Positions 1 through 11,806 of a stretch of DNA of 64,000 nt are shown here, piece after piece; positions within the stretch are counted from its first letter, which is position 1, and each line of letters begins with the position of its first letter. The notes under the pieces are model-generated. The model did not search any database and was not told the origin of the DNA. It saw only the letters and a list, made by a program, of their open reading frames with translations. The position numbers and the translations under genes are program-made. Origin of the DNA: Vitrella brassicaformis CCMP3155 (taxonomy: Eukaryota > Protista > Chromerida); assembly GCA_001179505.1 (NCBI GenBank), contig CDMY01000239.1:62001-126000 (forward strand), read 5' to 3'.

Positions 1-1541
1 AGGAAAACTGACGCTTCTTCTCGTCCAAGACCTGATCGACCCCACACACAAGCATACGGTCAGTAAGTATCGCACACAGCCAGATATGGAAGCCAGGGAG
101 GGAGGGGGGTGAGAGAAATGCACGGCTTACTCACTTCTCGGTTGTTGAGTTTCCTGCTCTGGTTCATCTTCATCTTGAGCTCAAAAAGGCGCCTGCTGCG
201 CTCGTCGTTGAAGGGCTGCTCGCTGGGCTGTGCACCCGGCATGCCGCCCCCGGACATGTCCGCGTCATCCTCATCCTCATGCTCGTCGGCGTCCTCATCG
301 ATGGACGGCAGCACAGCCCCACCGCTGCCCTGGTCAGAGGCGGCCATTAACTGCGAGGCGGCTGCCTTGCCTTGAGCCAGGAGCCGCTCAGCCTGCTCCG
401 ACGCCCGCAGGTTCATCTCGCGACGGAATTGCATGAGGGGGTCGGTCATGGCCAGCTTGGTGTGAGAGGTAGTGCCGGCACTGCCGAACTCACTATCGCC
501 ATCCAACTCGCCGCAATTCACTACCACAACTGCACACACAAGAAGGGACACACAAATGGATAGACACACAGACAGACAGACAGACAGAGACAGAGACAGA
601 CAGACAGGTACGTACAGGTGCTGTTGTGTGCAACCACCGGATCGGAGTGAGTACTAATTACCTGGCACTCGAGGCCGGTCGAACTTGTCCGTCGGCACCT
701 TGGCGATGGCACGCACCACCTCCATCCCGCTGGTGACCTGCCCAAATGCCACATGCTTCCCTGCAAGCAACAACACGCACATGACAACCAACGCACCACA
801 ACACAATGCAATACAATACCAGGCAGGCAAGTATGAAATATAATTGATGCGTTCGTGCGTTGCCTTGCCTTGCTCCCGCCCTGCCTGTGTTGCGTAGGTA
901 GGTACCGTCCGTCCGTCCGTACCATCAAGGTGCTGGGCCCTTTTGAGAGTGATGAAGAATTCGCTGGCGTTGGTGTTCCTGCCCTTGTTGGCCATGCTGA
1001 GTACGCCAGCCTGCGAGTGCCGGCGGGAGAAGTTCTCGTCCCTGAAGAACCCCTCATAGATAGAGTCGGCCTGCTCGGGATCCCCGCTCTTGGTCGGCAG
1101 CTGGCTGTCAGGCGTATCGCTCTTGATCCGCAGGTCGCCTGCCTGGATGATGAACCCAGGCAGCACCTTGAAGAACCGACACCCCAAAAAGTGCAGCGGC
1201 CGCTTGGTCAGCTCAGACGCACCATACTCCCCCGTACACAGACCTCGGAAGTTCTCCGCAGTGCGGGGCGTCACGTCGGCATACAGCTCAAACACAATAC
1301 GCTGATCCGATCCAACATTCAAGCAAAACGACATGACATACACACAGCGCACGTGCTCTGCTCTGCTTACCCCTCCGGTGGCTGTGCCGATACTCACATC
1401 CATAAAAACCTGCGTGTGTCACAAGAGAGAGGTCAGGTATTCGTTTGTTTGTGCGCGTGTGTGCCACGTGTGGGATCTGTCCCAGCAACCTACACGAGGA
1501 TTCCTCCCCCTGCGACGCCGCGGCTTCTTCTCCTCAGACAT
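1..1541 (-). CDS. Cyclophilin-type PPIase domain fused to a C-terminal SYF2-like splicing-factor domain (3' end runs off the window)
   Basis: Spliced translation: MSEEKKPRRRRGRNPR|VFMDVSIGTATGG|RIVFELYADVTPRTAENFRGLCTGE...FFKVLPGFIIQAGD...GVLSMANKGRNTNASEFFITLKRAQHLDG|KHVAFGQVTSG. After an acidic linker comes RLFELKMKMNQSRKLNNRE|VLDEKKRQFS, which resembles the SYF2 motif EARKLNHQEVVEEDKR. Introns are GT-AG. Confidence 0.88.
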
Positions 1542-1798
1542 CACCGCGAGAAAAGCAGGAAAACGCCAGAAGCTGGAGAAGGGGAAGGTCACGACAGAGC
1601 TTCTCAGCGCGCAGATTCTTCCGTGAAACCGCTCTCTCACTGCGAAGCAACCTAGTTGGAGGAAGGTGAGCCACGGCACTAGACCGTTAGATGCATCCAC
1701 GCGAAGATGCCTGAACGAATGTGTTTGCCTTTGTGAATGATGCCGCAGGCACGACGCGAGTGTGGTGTTTGCTGTTCCCTCTTCTTGGTCATCCCTCG

Positions 1799-2665
1799 AT
1801 GGATGCGGTGTCGACGGACATGCTCAAGGCGCGAGCAGCGCTACGGGAGCGGCTGGGCGATGGTGTGAGGACGGGAGGGAAGGGCAGTGCCCGTCGCAAG
1901 AAGCGAGCGGCACACAAGCCAGCGACGACCGACGACAAGCGCCTGCAGAACACGCTCAAGCGCCTGGGAGTCAACAACATCCCTGGCATCGAGGAGGTCA
2001 ACCTCTTCAAGGACAACTCCACCGTCATTCACTTCGTCAACCCCAAGGTCCAAGCATCCATCTCGGCAAACACCTACGTCGTCAGCGGACATGCAGAAAG
2101 CAAAAGTAAGCACGGTGGGTCAATGCATCGACGGATGAATGGCCAAGCACACCCACACCCACACCCAAAACACCCCACGCATACATACATACATACATGC
2201 ATACATGCATACATCCCTACGCGCGAGAGAGGAGACACAAGAGCTAAAGGCTCGTACATGTGATGCACCTGACTCACCCCATGCCGTGCCCTGTGTGTGG
2301 TGTGGTGCGATTGGTTTGGCCGTTCAGAGCTGCAAGACATGCTGCCGGGTATCGTGTCGCAATTGGGTGCGGAGAACTTCAACCAGCTCAAGAAGGCGAT
2401 GGATGCGGGCGGTGGGATGGGTGGTATGGGCGGCATGGGCGGCATGGGTGGGCTGCAGGGCATGATGGGCGGCATGAACATGGGCGGCCTACAGGCCGCC
2501 ATGGCCAACATGGGGGGCATGGCCGGCATGGCCGACGCCGCACTCGGCGGCGGACGCGGGACAGGCGAGCCAATGGACGCTGACGAAGACGACGACGATG
2601 ACGACAGCGAGGAGGACGTTCCCGAGCTGGTGGACAACTTCGAGGGATTTGCAGAGGGCCAATGA
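1799..2665 (+). CDS. BTF3: Nascent polypeptide-associated complex beta subunit / BTF3, 2 exons
   Basis: [12 protein letters not shown]...[28 protein letters not shown]...[20 protein letters not shown]...[13 protein letters not shown]. Followed by a GGM-repeat linker and an acidic [17 protein letters not shown] tail. Confidence 0.95.
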
Positions 2666-2942
2666 ATGGGGATGGGACTCAAGGAAGAGGACTCAGTGTG
2701 TGCGGCCCTGGGAGGCAAGGGGGGATAGAGTGACCCTCAGGCACATGCATTCGCGAATTGCCGTTTTTCCCACTGCACGATCTGCACGCTGATCTGTTCG
2801 TCTTACGGCCCCCTGTGTGTGATTCTGCTCCATGAGACTACTTCGCGATATTTCGGTTTCCGGCTAACGAAACCTCGCCAAAGCTTGCTAAGCCTTCAGA
2901 AGGAATGAGATCTGAACTGCATCCGGCGTTACTGAACTGATC

Positions 2943-4961
2943 ATGCTCATGAAGACTGCCAACTTTGTTGCAGCCCGCCGCCCCATACGTGCAAGTCGTG
3001 CAAGTCATCGCGGCCACCTCCATCGCGTGAGAGGTGCGGGTGCGTCCCTTCTCGGTCAGCTCGATGACCTGGGGATGCCTTCTGGCCCCTCGTTGGGACG
3101 TTCCGCCATGTTGTCATCAATGGCGGAGAATCCCCTGCTTGGCGTTGCTGACATCGTGAGGCTGCCTCGCATGTTCCGCATCATGGCGGTCTACTTTATT
3201 GTCTACGCCTTCATTAGTGGTCTTGTGACGGTGACACGGAGGATCCATCAGGGGGTGGAATGGTACCTGTCGTACGTCAAGTGGCTCTGGGACGGCAAGA
3301 ACATCCCGCCAAACGACAAGAGGCCACAGCTGCTGATGCTCGACATTGCAGGCAATGGACAAGATGCTCACCGCACAATGGCGGCAGCGGCAGGAGAGGG
3401 TGCAAGGGACCCTGCTGCAGGCCATGAGGATCAGGGGAGCAAGTCAGCTCAGACTCAGCCGGCCCAACCGGCGGCCATCAGCCCCAAGATGCGAGGTCCG
3501 CCTGTCTCATTGGCACAGAGATTGTCGACGGTGAAAAAGCGAGTCCTGACGGGAGTTGGGCTCGGCTTGTTTGGAACAGCGTGGGTGTTTTCGGGCAACG
3601 CATTGTTCACGATGATTATCATTCTGCAGTGCATTGTCGCTCAACTTGAGTATTACCGAATGGTCAGTGAGTGGGATGGATGGGAACTGGGGGGGAGCCA
3701 AACATGACGCCGATGCGTCGATTGCATCGTGAGAGTGCAAACAAACGTATTGCTTGGAGTGTGTGCATTGTTTGTTTGTGCGTATGTATGCGTTCAGTGC
3801 ATCTTCAAGGGAATCTATCCTGCCCGCCGGATCAGCATGGTCAGCTCTCTTATTCTTTATACCATGGCCTGCTACGCGCCTCAGTACCACGAGCTGGTTC
3901 TTCCTTTGTCTGGCACGGCAATCATGGTGTGGTTCTTACTCATGCGGCCGTCACCAGGCACGATATCTGAGATATCCACCTCATTCATGGGGCTATTCTG
4001 GTGCTCCTATCTGCCCTCATTCTGGATCAGGTTAAGATTCCTCGGTAGGCTGCAGGCACCACTGAACTGGAAGGCACACAGCACTGCAGACAATTTCACA
4101 ATTGCCTGGTGGTGCCTCTCAGGACCAGTCGAGAAGACCAGATTTGTTGCGCTCTTGAACCTTCGGAAGTGGTAAGTGAGGGTCCTGCGACGACGCACAC
4201 GTACTGCCCACCCGACAACATCTGTCGGCTTGTCGTTTCCCACTCAGGTACCCCCCATGGCTTCCCAAGATCACTCCGCCTCCCGATCTGTGGACCCAAG
4301 GTGCGGTTGTCACCTGGTGGACCTTTCTGTCGATAGCTATGGGCGACGTCGCTGCATACTTCCTGGGTACACGAGGAGGGAAGAACATGCGCCTGAAGGA
4401 AGGAAGAGTCAAGACGAGACATCTGTATGTCGCTGTGCACAGGCAAGTCCTTCGGGCGACGCAAACTTGCGTCGATTAGTCCTGCTGCAGGGGCTGCGTC
4501 ACCCAACAAAACGGTGGAAGGAGCCCTTGGTGGCCTGCTTATGTCGGTGCTCATGTCTTTGCTGGGTGCGTGGCTTATGCATTGGCCCATCTGGCCCTTT
4601 ACAGGTACTTCCCATGAATGCTCGACCGCACGTGCATACATCCTGACGTCATCCACGATAATGGGTTCCGTTGTCAGGAGCCCTCTATGGCACGATGCTT
4701 GCGGTCGTCGGTCTTGTCGGCGACTTGACAGCTTCGACGTTCAAACGAGACGCAGGCCTAAAAGACTCAGGACACATTCTGCCAGGTGAAAGGGCAGACA
4801 ACCGGTTGCTAGCTGGCCACTAAATCACTCTGCTGCTTCATTTTGCTCTATCAGGCCACGGCGGGCTTCTTGATCGTGTTGATTCGTACATGTTGACGGC
4901 GACACCATCACTCATTTTCGTGCAATACCTTCTCCCCGCATTGCGAAAAATAGTCGCGTAG
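2943..4961 (+). CDS. cdsA: Phosphatidate cytidylyltransferase (CDP-diacylglycerol synthase), bacterial/plastid CdsA type, with a long N-terminal extension
   Basis: KKRVLTGVGLG...LEYYRM, GLFWCSYLPSFWIRLR, GDVAAYFLG|KSFGRRKL...SPNKTVEGALGG, GDLTASTFKRDAGLKDSGHILP|GHGGLLDRVDS (CTP_transf_1 signature). The start codon is uncertain. Confidence 0.93.
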
Positions 4962-5020
4962 CAGTGTGTTGTAGGTGTTGCCTCTTTGTCGTGTCAATAT
5001 GATGGTGCTTTCGTTCGGAT

Positions 5021-5375
5021 TCATCGACGGACGGCGGGCTGTAGATCTGCAGAACGCAACAATACACACGAATACATCACGCCCACACGACAATCAGCAA
5101 TGCCTTCACTCAGCCTGCGTACGTATGTGTTGATGGCGTGCTGCTTGGCCTTGGCCATCACGCTCCATATATATATGGATCACGCTGTCCAGTGCAGATG
5201 CAGCAGCGGCAGCGGATGCAGAGGCCCCATGGCCACCAGCCGCCGTTCAGTTCATCTCGAGCGGCTCCTCAAACGGCTCTGCAACGACCTGCACACGCAC
5301 AAACATCCACACACAAACATCCACCAACATCTTTTTTCCACTGGACCACAGAGCTCAGCCCACCTTGTTATCCAT
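5021..5375 (-). other. Possible spliced micro-gene or non-coding transcript: 17-aa ORF MDNKVVAEPFEEPLEMN*, or about 66 aa if the TGA is read through
   Basis: Two typical minus-strand introns: 5289-5363 (GTGGGC...GTGTGCAG) and 5047-5122 (GTACGC...TTCTGCAG). ATG at 5375, in-frame TGA at 5247-5249. Lies head-to-head with Rpn5. Confidence 0.35.
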
Positions 5376-5563
5376 GAGTGAGCAATATGCCGGTGGCCTA
5401 ACAGAGCTGGGTGCGGTGAGACCGACGCAACGAATCTCAGAGGGCTCTATCGTTTTCCTTGCTTGCCTTCTTGCCCCCTGGCCTCCTAATAAGCAATTTT
5501 CGGATGAATTTACACAGTGATTGGATTATTATTTACTGTTATTTCGAGAAAGCAGTCAGAAGG

Positions 5564-8180
5564 ATGGCGGAAGTAGGCCAAGAAAGGCATGCTTGCACCT
5601 GCCGACGGGTATGTCCGGTCTTTACTGCATTTCAGGAAGTCTCGAGCCTTATTCTCCAACCAGAGTTGGATTCGTTGACTACTGGTCAGCAGTGGACTGA
5701 TGGATCCCATGCACGTGCCGATATCATCAGTTTTGTGGCATCTGTCCCTGGTTTGCCTGCAGATGCGAAGGCCTCTGCGGACTTTTCCAAAGAGACGGCG
5801 GAGCTGATCCCAAAGTCAGAAGCCCTTGCGAAGGTTCGACGGATGTCACAAGCTCTTGAAGTCAGACTAGGTTGTTTCAGGCTGGTCGGCTGAACGAAGC
5901 GCTTGACGAGCTGATGTTGCTGGAAAAGAAGACAAGGCAGGTGTGTGTAGAACAATACCCTCGCGATGAAGTGAACGCTGAGGATCTCTTCGCCTCTCTA
6001 CCGAGTATGGGCAGGCATCTGACGGCGTGTCTTCAACGAAGTTGGTCCAGCTGATGCTACGCTTGCAGCGGGAAGCGGGAGAGTGGGAAAAACTCAATGG
6101 GAGTATAACGCTCATGTCGAAGAAAAGGGGTCAACTGAAAAGGTTGGCAACCGGGGAAAATGTGTCTGTTTCAGCGGATTGCGTTTCATCGCGTGTGCGT
6201 CATCAGAGTGATCGTCGACATGGTGCAACTGGCAATGAAATGGATTGAAGAGACCCCATCGCACAAAGAAAAGCTCAAGCTCATCACAACCCTCTCCTCT
6301 GTGACGGAAGGCAAGGTAAAAGACAGTGCTCCGGTGTCGGAGAATGAACCGTATCTCTTGCTTGAATGCAGATTTTTGTCGAAGTCGAGAGGTCACGGGT
6401 TGTCAAAAAGCTGGCGGAGATCAAGGAGGCGGAGGGGGACATTGAGTCGGCAAGCCAGCTCCTTCAGGATGTTCAGGTCGGGCCGATTCACGACACTCTG
6501 CTCTTCAGATTTGACTGGCTGCTTTTCCACAGGTGGAAACCTTCGGTAAGGTAGTTTCAGCAAGTCAACGGTTTTTCACGTTTCTGCCTTCTCCACGGCG
6601 TACTCGACAGGAGCGATGGACAGACGCGAGAAGGCCGAATACATCCTGGAGCAAATGAGACTGGTGGGCCCAAACGCGTTAGAGGAAAAATGAAATTCGC
6701 CATGTCTATTCCTCAACAGGTTCTGGCGCGTCGGGAGTATGTTCGATGCCAAATCATTGCGAAGAAGATCAATCCAAAGGTATGAAAGGAAACTGCTCAG
6801 CTTCGCTTGTGGGTCTGTCTGCCTCTGTCGAGCATGCATGTCACTTCGGTTAAGCTTCTCGAGGCTGAGGACTTCCAAGACATCAAGAGGAAGTTCTACG
6901 AACTTCTGATCCAAATGCACATCGAGGAGACGCAGAGCTATCAGCAGAGTGCAGGCAAGGGCAGGGAAGTGAAGCTGAAGCACGAGCAAGCGACGGACGA
7001 TGGTTCTCAGCTTGATTCAGCAAGATATCTCGAGATCAGCAAGTACACACTCAAAGAATTACATTGCATTACGATAGGAGGACTGTTGGTAGGTGTTCGT
7101 CCTCTGCCGTAGGTCCTTCTATGCAATATTTGAGACACCCTCTGTCAAGTCGGGCGATTGGAAAAACGTACGCACATCGGGCAAACCTTGCTCATCGTAC
7201 ATATTGCTTTGTTCTATCATACATTTTAGGTTCTTGAGTGTTACATCATCTACCTACTGCTTGCGTCCTTCACTAACGAGCAGAAAGACTTGCTGAACAA
7301 GGTGTCAACCCTTGAGCAAAAGCGGCTTGAACAGCTTGACCACTTCAAGTAGGCACAAAATATGGATCGTACAAGGAGGGACACGTGCCGAGTTAAACGT
7401 TCTTGACACGCAGGCAGCTTGTGTCGGACTTCCTGAAAAGCGAACTCATCTCGTGGCCGCTGAAATACGAAGCTGATCTTCGGAATCACGCCGTTTTCAC
7501 TGACTCACCCCATGCAGGGTGAGGATGCCTGTCGACCATGCCTGCTCAACAAAGCCTGCACCTCATTGCTGTCGTTCTCGCACGCAGTGGCGACTTAAGG
7601 TGGAACCTGTTCAAGAAGCGCGTTGGCCAGCACGTACGTGAAATAAGTAGAATGAATCCTACATTTGATTTGATGGGTAATGCTGCCCTAGGATCTCATG
7701 GTGATCTCGAAATACTATACACGAATAACGCTTGACCGCCTCGCGTCGCTTCTGACGCTATCGAGAACGGTAAGGGGAGAGGGCTTATTTAGTGGAAGGA
7801 AGAAAGAAATGGCATGCTGTCTCTGCACTGCGCATGCTAGGAGACGGAAGCTGAGATCGCAGAACTCGTCACCTCAAGGTTTTTGCAAGCAAAGATAGAC
7901 CGGTAGGGCAAATTAATGTCTGAGAAAAGCAGTATGGTGGTGTTTTGTTTTGCAGGCCATCAGGGATTGTGGTTTTCGGAGGACGCGATGAGTCGACGGA
8001 CCGGCTGAACATTTGGTCGAGTGACATCAAACGGTATGCGGAGGTGATAGGGCATCTCCAGTGCGTGTGGGAACCTTCGGCCTTTGTGCATGCAGCATTC
8101 TTGACCTGACAGAAGAGTCCAGCAAGCTCGTTGAGAAAGAACGGATGATTCATAGCGCCAAGCTGAAGAAGACGAAATAG
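5564..8180 (+). CDS. RPN5: 26S proteasome regulatory subunit Rpn5 / PSMD12, multi-exon
   Basis: LMLLEKKTRQ|ASD, SKKRGQLKR, TLSSVTEGK|IFVEVERSR, LQDVQ|VETF|GAMDRREKAEYILEQMRL, ISKYYTRITLDRLASLLTLS (PCI domain), C-terminal LVEKERMIHSAKLKKTK*. Confidence 0.96.
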
Positions 8181-9402
8181 ATCCACGCGGAACGCATGTT
8201 CTGTTTTACTGGGCCGTGTGACGATGATTTCGATGATGTCTCTGGCTTTTATGATGGACTCTGTCAATCAATCCGACAGCTGTTGCACGAAAGCTTCGAT
8301 CAACGGGTCACGTGTGTGGTCTGTCTTATCTAGGAAAAATTAGGGGGTGTGAGAAGTTCAACTAGCCTTCCTTTCGCATTCAACGCGTGATTCTGGCGAT
8401 TCCGCATCGCCCGGAAATGACGGCATCTAGATGGGCATATATATTTATAGATAAAGGCCTACTAAACACGGTGCCAAGGAAGATTTTGCCATGGTCACGA
8501 GTGTCCCCATGTTTTTCTGCCCTTAAAAAACAATAGACATAAACTCACCCTAGAATGGCGAATCGCCTCTTACATTATAGGTGACATTAATGTTGTTCGA
8601 TTGGAAGAGACAGATATTCTTCGAACGGAGACAAAGAGAAAAACAAGAAAGAACGCGAGAAAGCAGAAAACGAGAAGAGGCGAGAACGAATGAACAAGGA
8701 GACAAGCCAAACGGGAATACAGCGGCCGATTGGCTCACCTGCCGCCCTTTTGTACAGGGGTTCCGGAACAGGAGGACATCAGTCTGTCCGGCGGCCTTTA
8801 ATCTTCGTTACCTTGTAGCCGACATGTCGACGACGAAACGGAAAAGTAAAGGAAGCGACAAACGCAACGGTACCACATCGAATGAATTCTGTTGCGTCAT
8901 GACGATTGAAGATGGGGAACCAACCAATTGCATGGTCATTTTAAGTGAACAAGCAGGCAAGCAGGCAGGCAGGCAGGAGGGAAGTCCACGACAAAGACAC
9001 GCTGGGTCCCTTGGCATATCTCAGCAACCAACCAACCAACCAACACGGCCACACAAGAGGCAATCAACCGGTCCGCGTGATACCAAACTACACAGCATCA
9101 TGAGGTTGTGTTCCCTCATTTGCCAAAACGACATTGACTGATAAAGAAAAACACCATACCATCACACACTGGACGACATACAATACATCCGTTCACTAAT
9201 TCCACGTAAACGGCCGCGCCCGGCTAGCACTCAGTCCGAACGCCTGTGATACAGAGCATCGGGATTTTGACTATTCCACAGAGAATTGTCCGCTGTGGCC
9301 TACTCGGATGGGTCGGGGCTTTCCTCAGCTCCTTCTTGTGCAGAAGACGCATTGCTGAACTCGTTGTACCAGGGAGCCTAAAGACGACACAAACATTGTT
9401 GG

Positions 9403-11509
9403 CTAAGGTGCCTGTTGTTGGCCAGTTGGTACGCCTACATCAAGGGATGCAAGGGTTGAGCCACCGTCCTCATCCCCTGCTGCCGAGTCCTCGACATCCA
9501 GAGCGAAGAGCGAGTCGAGCGTCGGGGCACTGACGTGGAATTCGTCAGAAGCTTCCTTTTTTGGCGCTTTGACGAAATAGGCACTCGGTGAGAAGGGGGA
9601 GGATGATGTTGTCAACCGTCTATGATAGTTCGAGTAGCCTGTCACGCCTCTGTAACGTGCGGGCGCATCGTTGGCTGACGAGCCACCGAGATGACTGTCG
9701 TCACCACGCACGTTCCAGGCGTCGCTCTCGAGCCCGTTTCGTGGCGAATCATGGCCTGATGGACCGCCAAACAAGTGTGAAAATGCAATTGCATAAGAAC
9801 TTGCAGTACTGGTACCGTCAGACGGAACGATGGGAATGGGTGTGTGTCTGCAAAAATGAAACTCCCTTCACGCATGTTGTTCAGCAAGTTTTCGCCAGCG
9901 TGATCCTACGTGGCTGGGCTCAGTAGGTCTGGGTTGAGATGCAGAGGAGCAATACATTCATCAACACCTCGAAGCCTCCAGTGCATTGCTAGCCACTCCG
10001 AAAAAGCAATGACGTTACTGGGATAAAACCCTGCAACACGGATCGAAAGAGGCAGAAGACAAAACCTAAACTCACTCCAGATACGGCATTGAGTGAGATG
10101 TACTTATGTCGTGGTCTGCCCTGGATTTCGAGAGGACAATACAGCTGAACTCGCCGTCTTCCGGGTCCCCTGACGAAGCTGTTCGAGGTGTCGTTGCTGG
10201 CGAATCAGGCTGTGCGATTTCTCTTGATGACGAACTTCTTCTTGCGTTCGGATCATTGGCGTTGCGCTTGTGGATTTCGCGCAGCGAGATGCCCTGTGTG
10301 TACACGTAAAAACGGTGAGCTCAATGTATGATCAGGGTTGGGACTGCCAAGTCACCATCTTAGCTGGGCACTTGGAATCCTTCCGACACACGATGACGAA
10401 AAGAGGTATTTGGGCCGACCCGACCTGAGAGCAAGAGCGACGAGGAACGTTACCTCGAATATGGTGGTGTGCTGGATCGGCCTGACTACAGGAACCAATG
10501 AAATCTTCTGCACCTTTTGCATTCTGTCAAGATTGTTGAACACATGGTTGCTCTGCTTGATGAGGTTTCTGTTCAGCTTGCACAGTTCTCCGTGAATATG
10601 CAGTGGCGCCAGCTGACGAAAGTAAACGTAAGTAACACGAGGATGCGGCCAATGGAAGACGCGAGCTCTCTTACCTGTTCGATGTTCGTGAAGGGGCACA
10701 GTAGCAGCAGCGCTCGGACGGATGTGAAGAGAGTGCCAAGGTAAACCGCAGGGCCTGTGCAAGGCAGGCAGATGCACGGAGCACCGACCGTTTCGTCATG
10801 CACGTCGTGTCCGTTTTCCATCGTACCGCTCCCGAGCGAACGACCAACGATGATGATACGCTCCTCGGGGCACCCCGCTTGTTTGAGGTAGGCCATCGAG
10901 TCCACTGCTATCTCTTCCACGGCTTGCACGGACAGACGAATGCCACGTCCGCGATAATTGCCGTAGCCTGGGTACTCGGGGCAAAGCACATTGGCGTCAA
11001 GGAAGTACGACAATGTCTTGCAGCACTCGAGCATGTTGGAGAGATTCTCCCCGTTCGCGTGGAAAAGCAGGCACGTGTACTTGGCACACGGCCGCGGGAC
11101 CCAAAGAGCAGGAAACACTGACGGCTCACCTTCCTTGATACCTCCTTTGATGACCTACACGCGATACCAGAAGGGAAACACAACGACACACCACCATCCG
11201 CACCGTGTAGTATTATCCTTACCCCGTTGTTGTAGGTATAAGTAAAGGTGTACGTCGTCCGTGGAATGTTGATGAGACGCCCGTGCGGGAGGAACATCTC
11301 CTCGCGGTAACTGCAGCCACACGCAAGCAAGACAGCGGCAGTGAATCAGGCTGAGTACACTGGTAGAGTGTTGTGGCAGCCCGAGTACGTCTGAACAAAC
11401 GCGCTTTCCCATGGCGGCAGTGGAAATCTGTGACGGAAGAAGAAGAGCAACGGGTGAGTGTTTTGAACACGGCACTGTCTCCTCACAGAAGGCGTTGAGC
11501 CAATGACAT
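9403..11509 (-). CDS. Alpha/beta hydrolase, ABHD17-like, with a low-complexity C-terminal tail
   Basis: MSLAQRLL|FPLPPWESAFVQT|YREEM..., CLLFHANGENL, NVLCPEYPGYG, IIIVGRSLGSG (nucleophile elbow), PLFVIVCRKD (candidate catalytic Asp), RADHDI (candidate catalytic His). Confidence 0.85.
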
Positions 11510-11806
11510 CTCGCCAGCAAAATGGCGGCCGTTCGACGCACCCTTTCCGCTCGCAAGGTCAGAGCAAAGCATTGAGTGTGCCCGTTGGCTGACAGTGCCG
11601 CCTTGGAAGCATCCTTTCAGCGCCTGACGAGTACAGTGCACCGAAGTGTAGTCCGATGCCGTTGGAAAGCTTCATCTCTCACACCTGCTGTGCCTTCCTG
11701 TGCAGATGAGTCGCTCCGCGGAGGGGGGGATTGAGGAGCGGTCGTTGCGATTCTGCGCGCTCAGATCTCTTTGTCTGCGTGCTTTTCTTTTTGGAGCAGT
11801 CCTGGA

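Noticed and set aside
2400-2535. GGCATG-type repeats as a separate repeat element
   Set aside because: They are coding GGM repeats inside the BTF3 linker.
4985-5030. SECIS-like ATGA...AAA...GA on the minus strand downstream of the micro-ORF
   Set aside because: The helix II arms (ATCCGAACG / CATCATATT) do not pair and the spacing is too short, so it gives no support for selenocysteine by eye.
8581-9141. 186-aa ORF between Rpn5 and ABHD
   Set aside because: No initial ATG, it runs through (GCAG)n/(AACC)n repeats, codon bias is weak and no motif is present.
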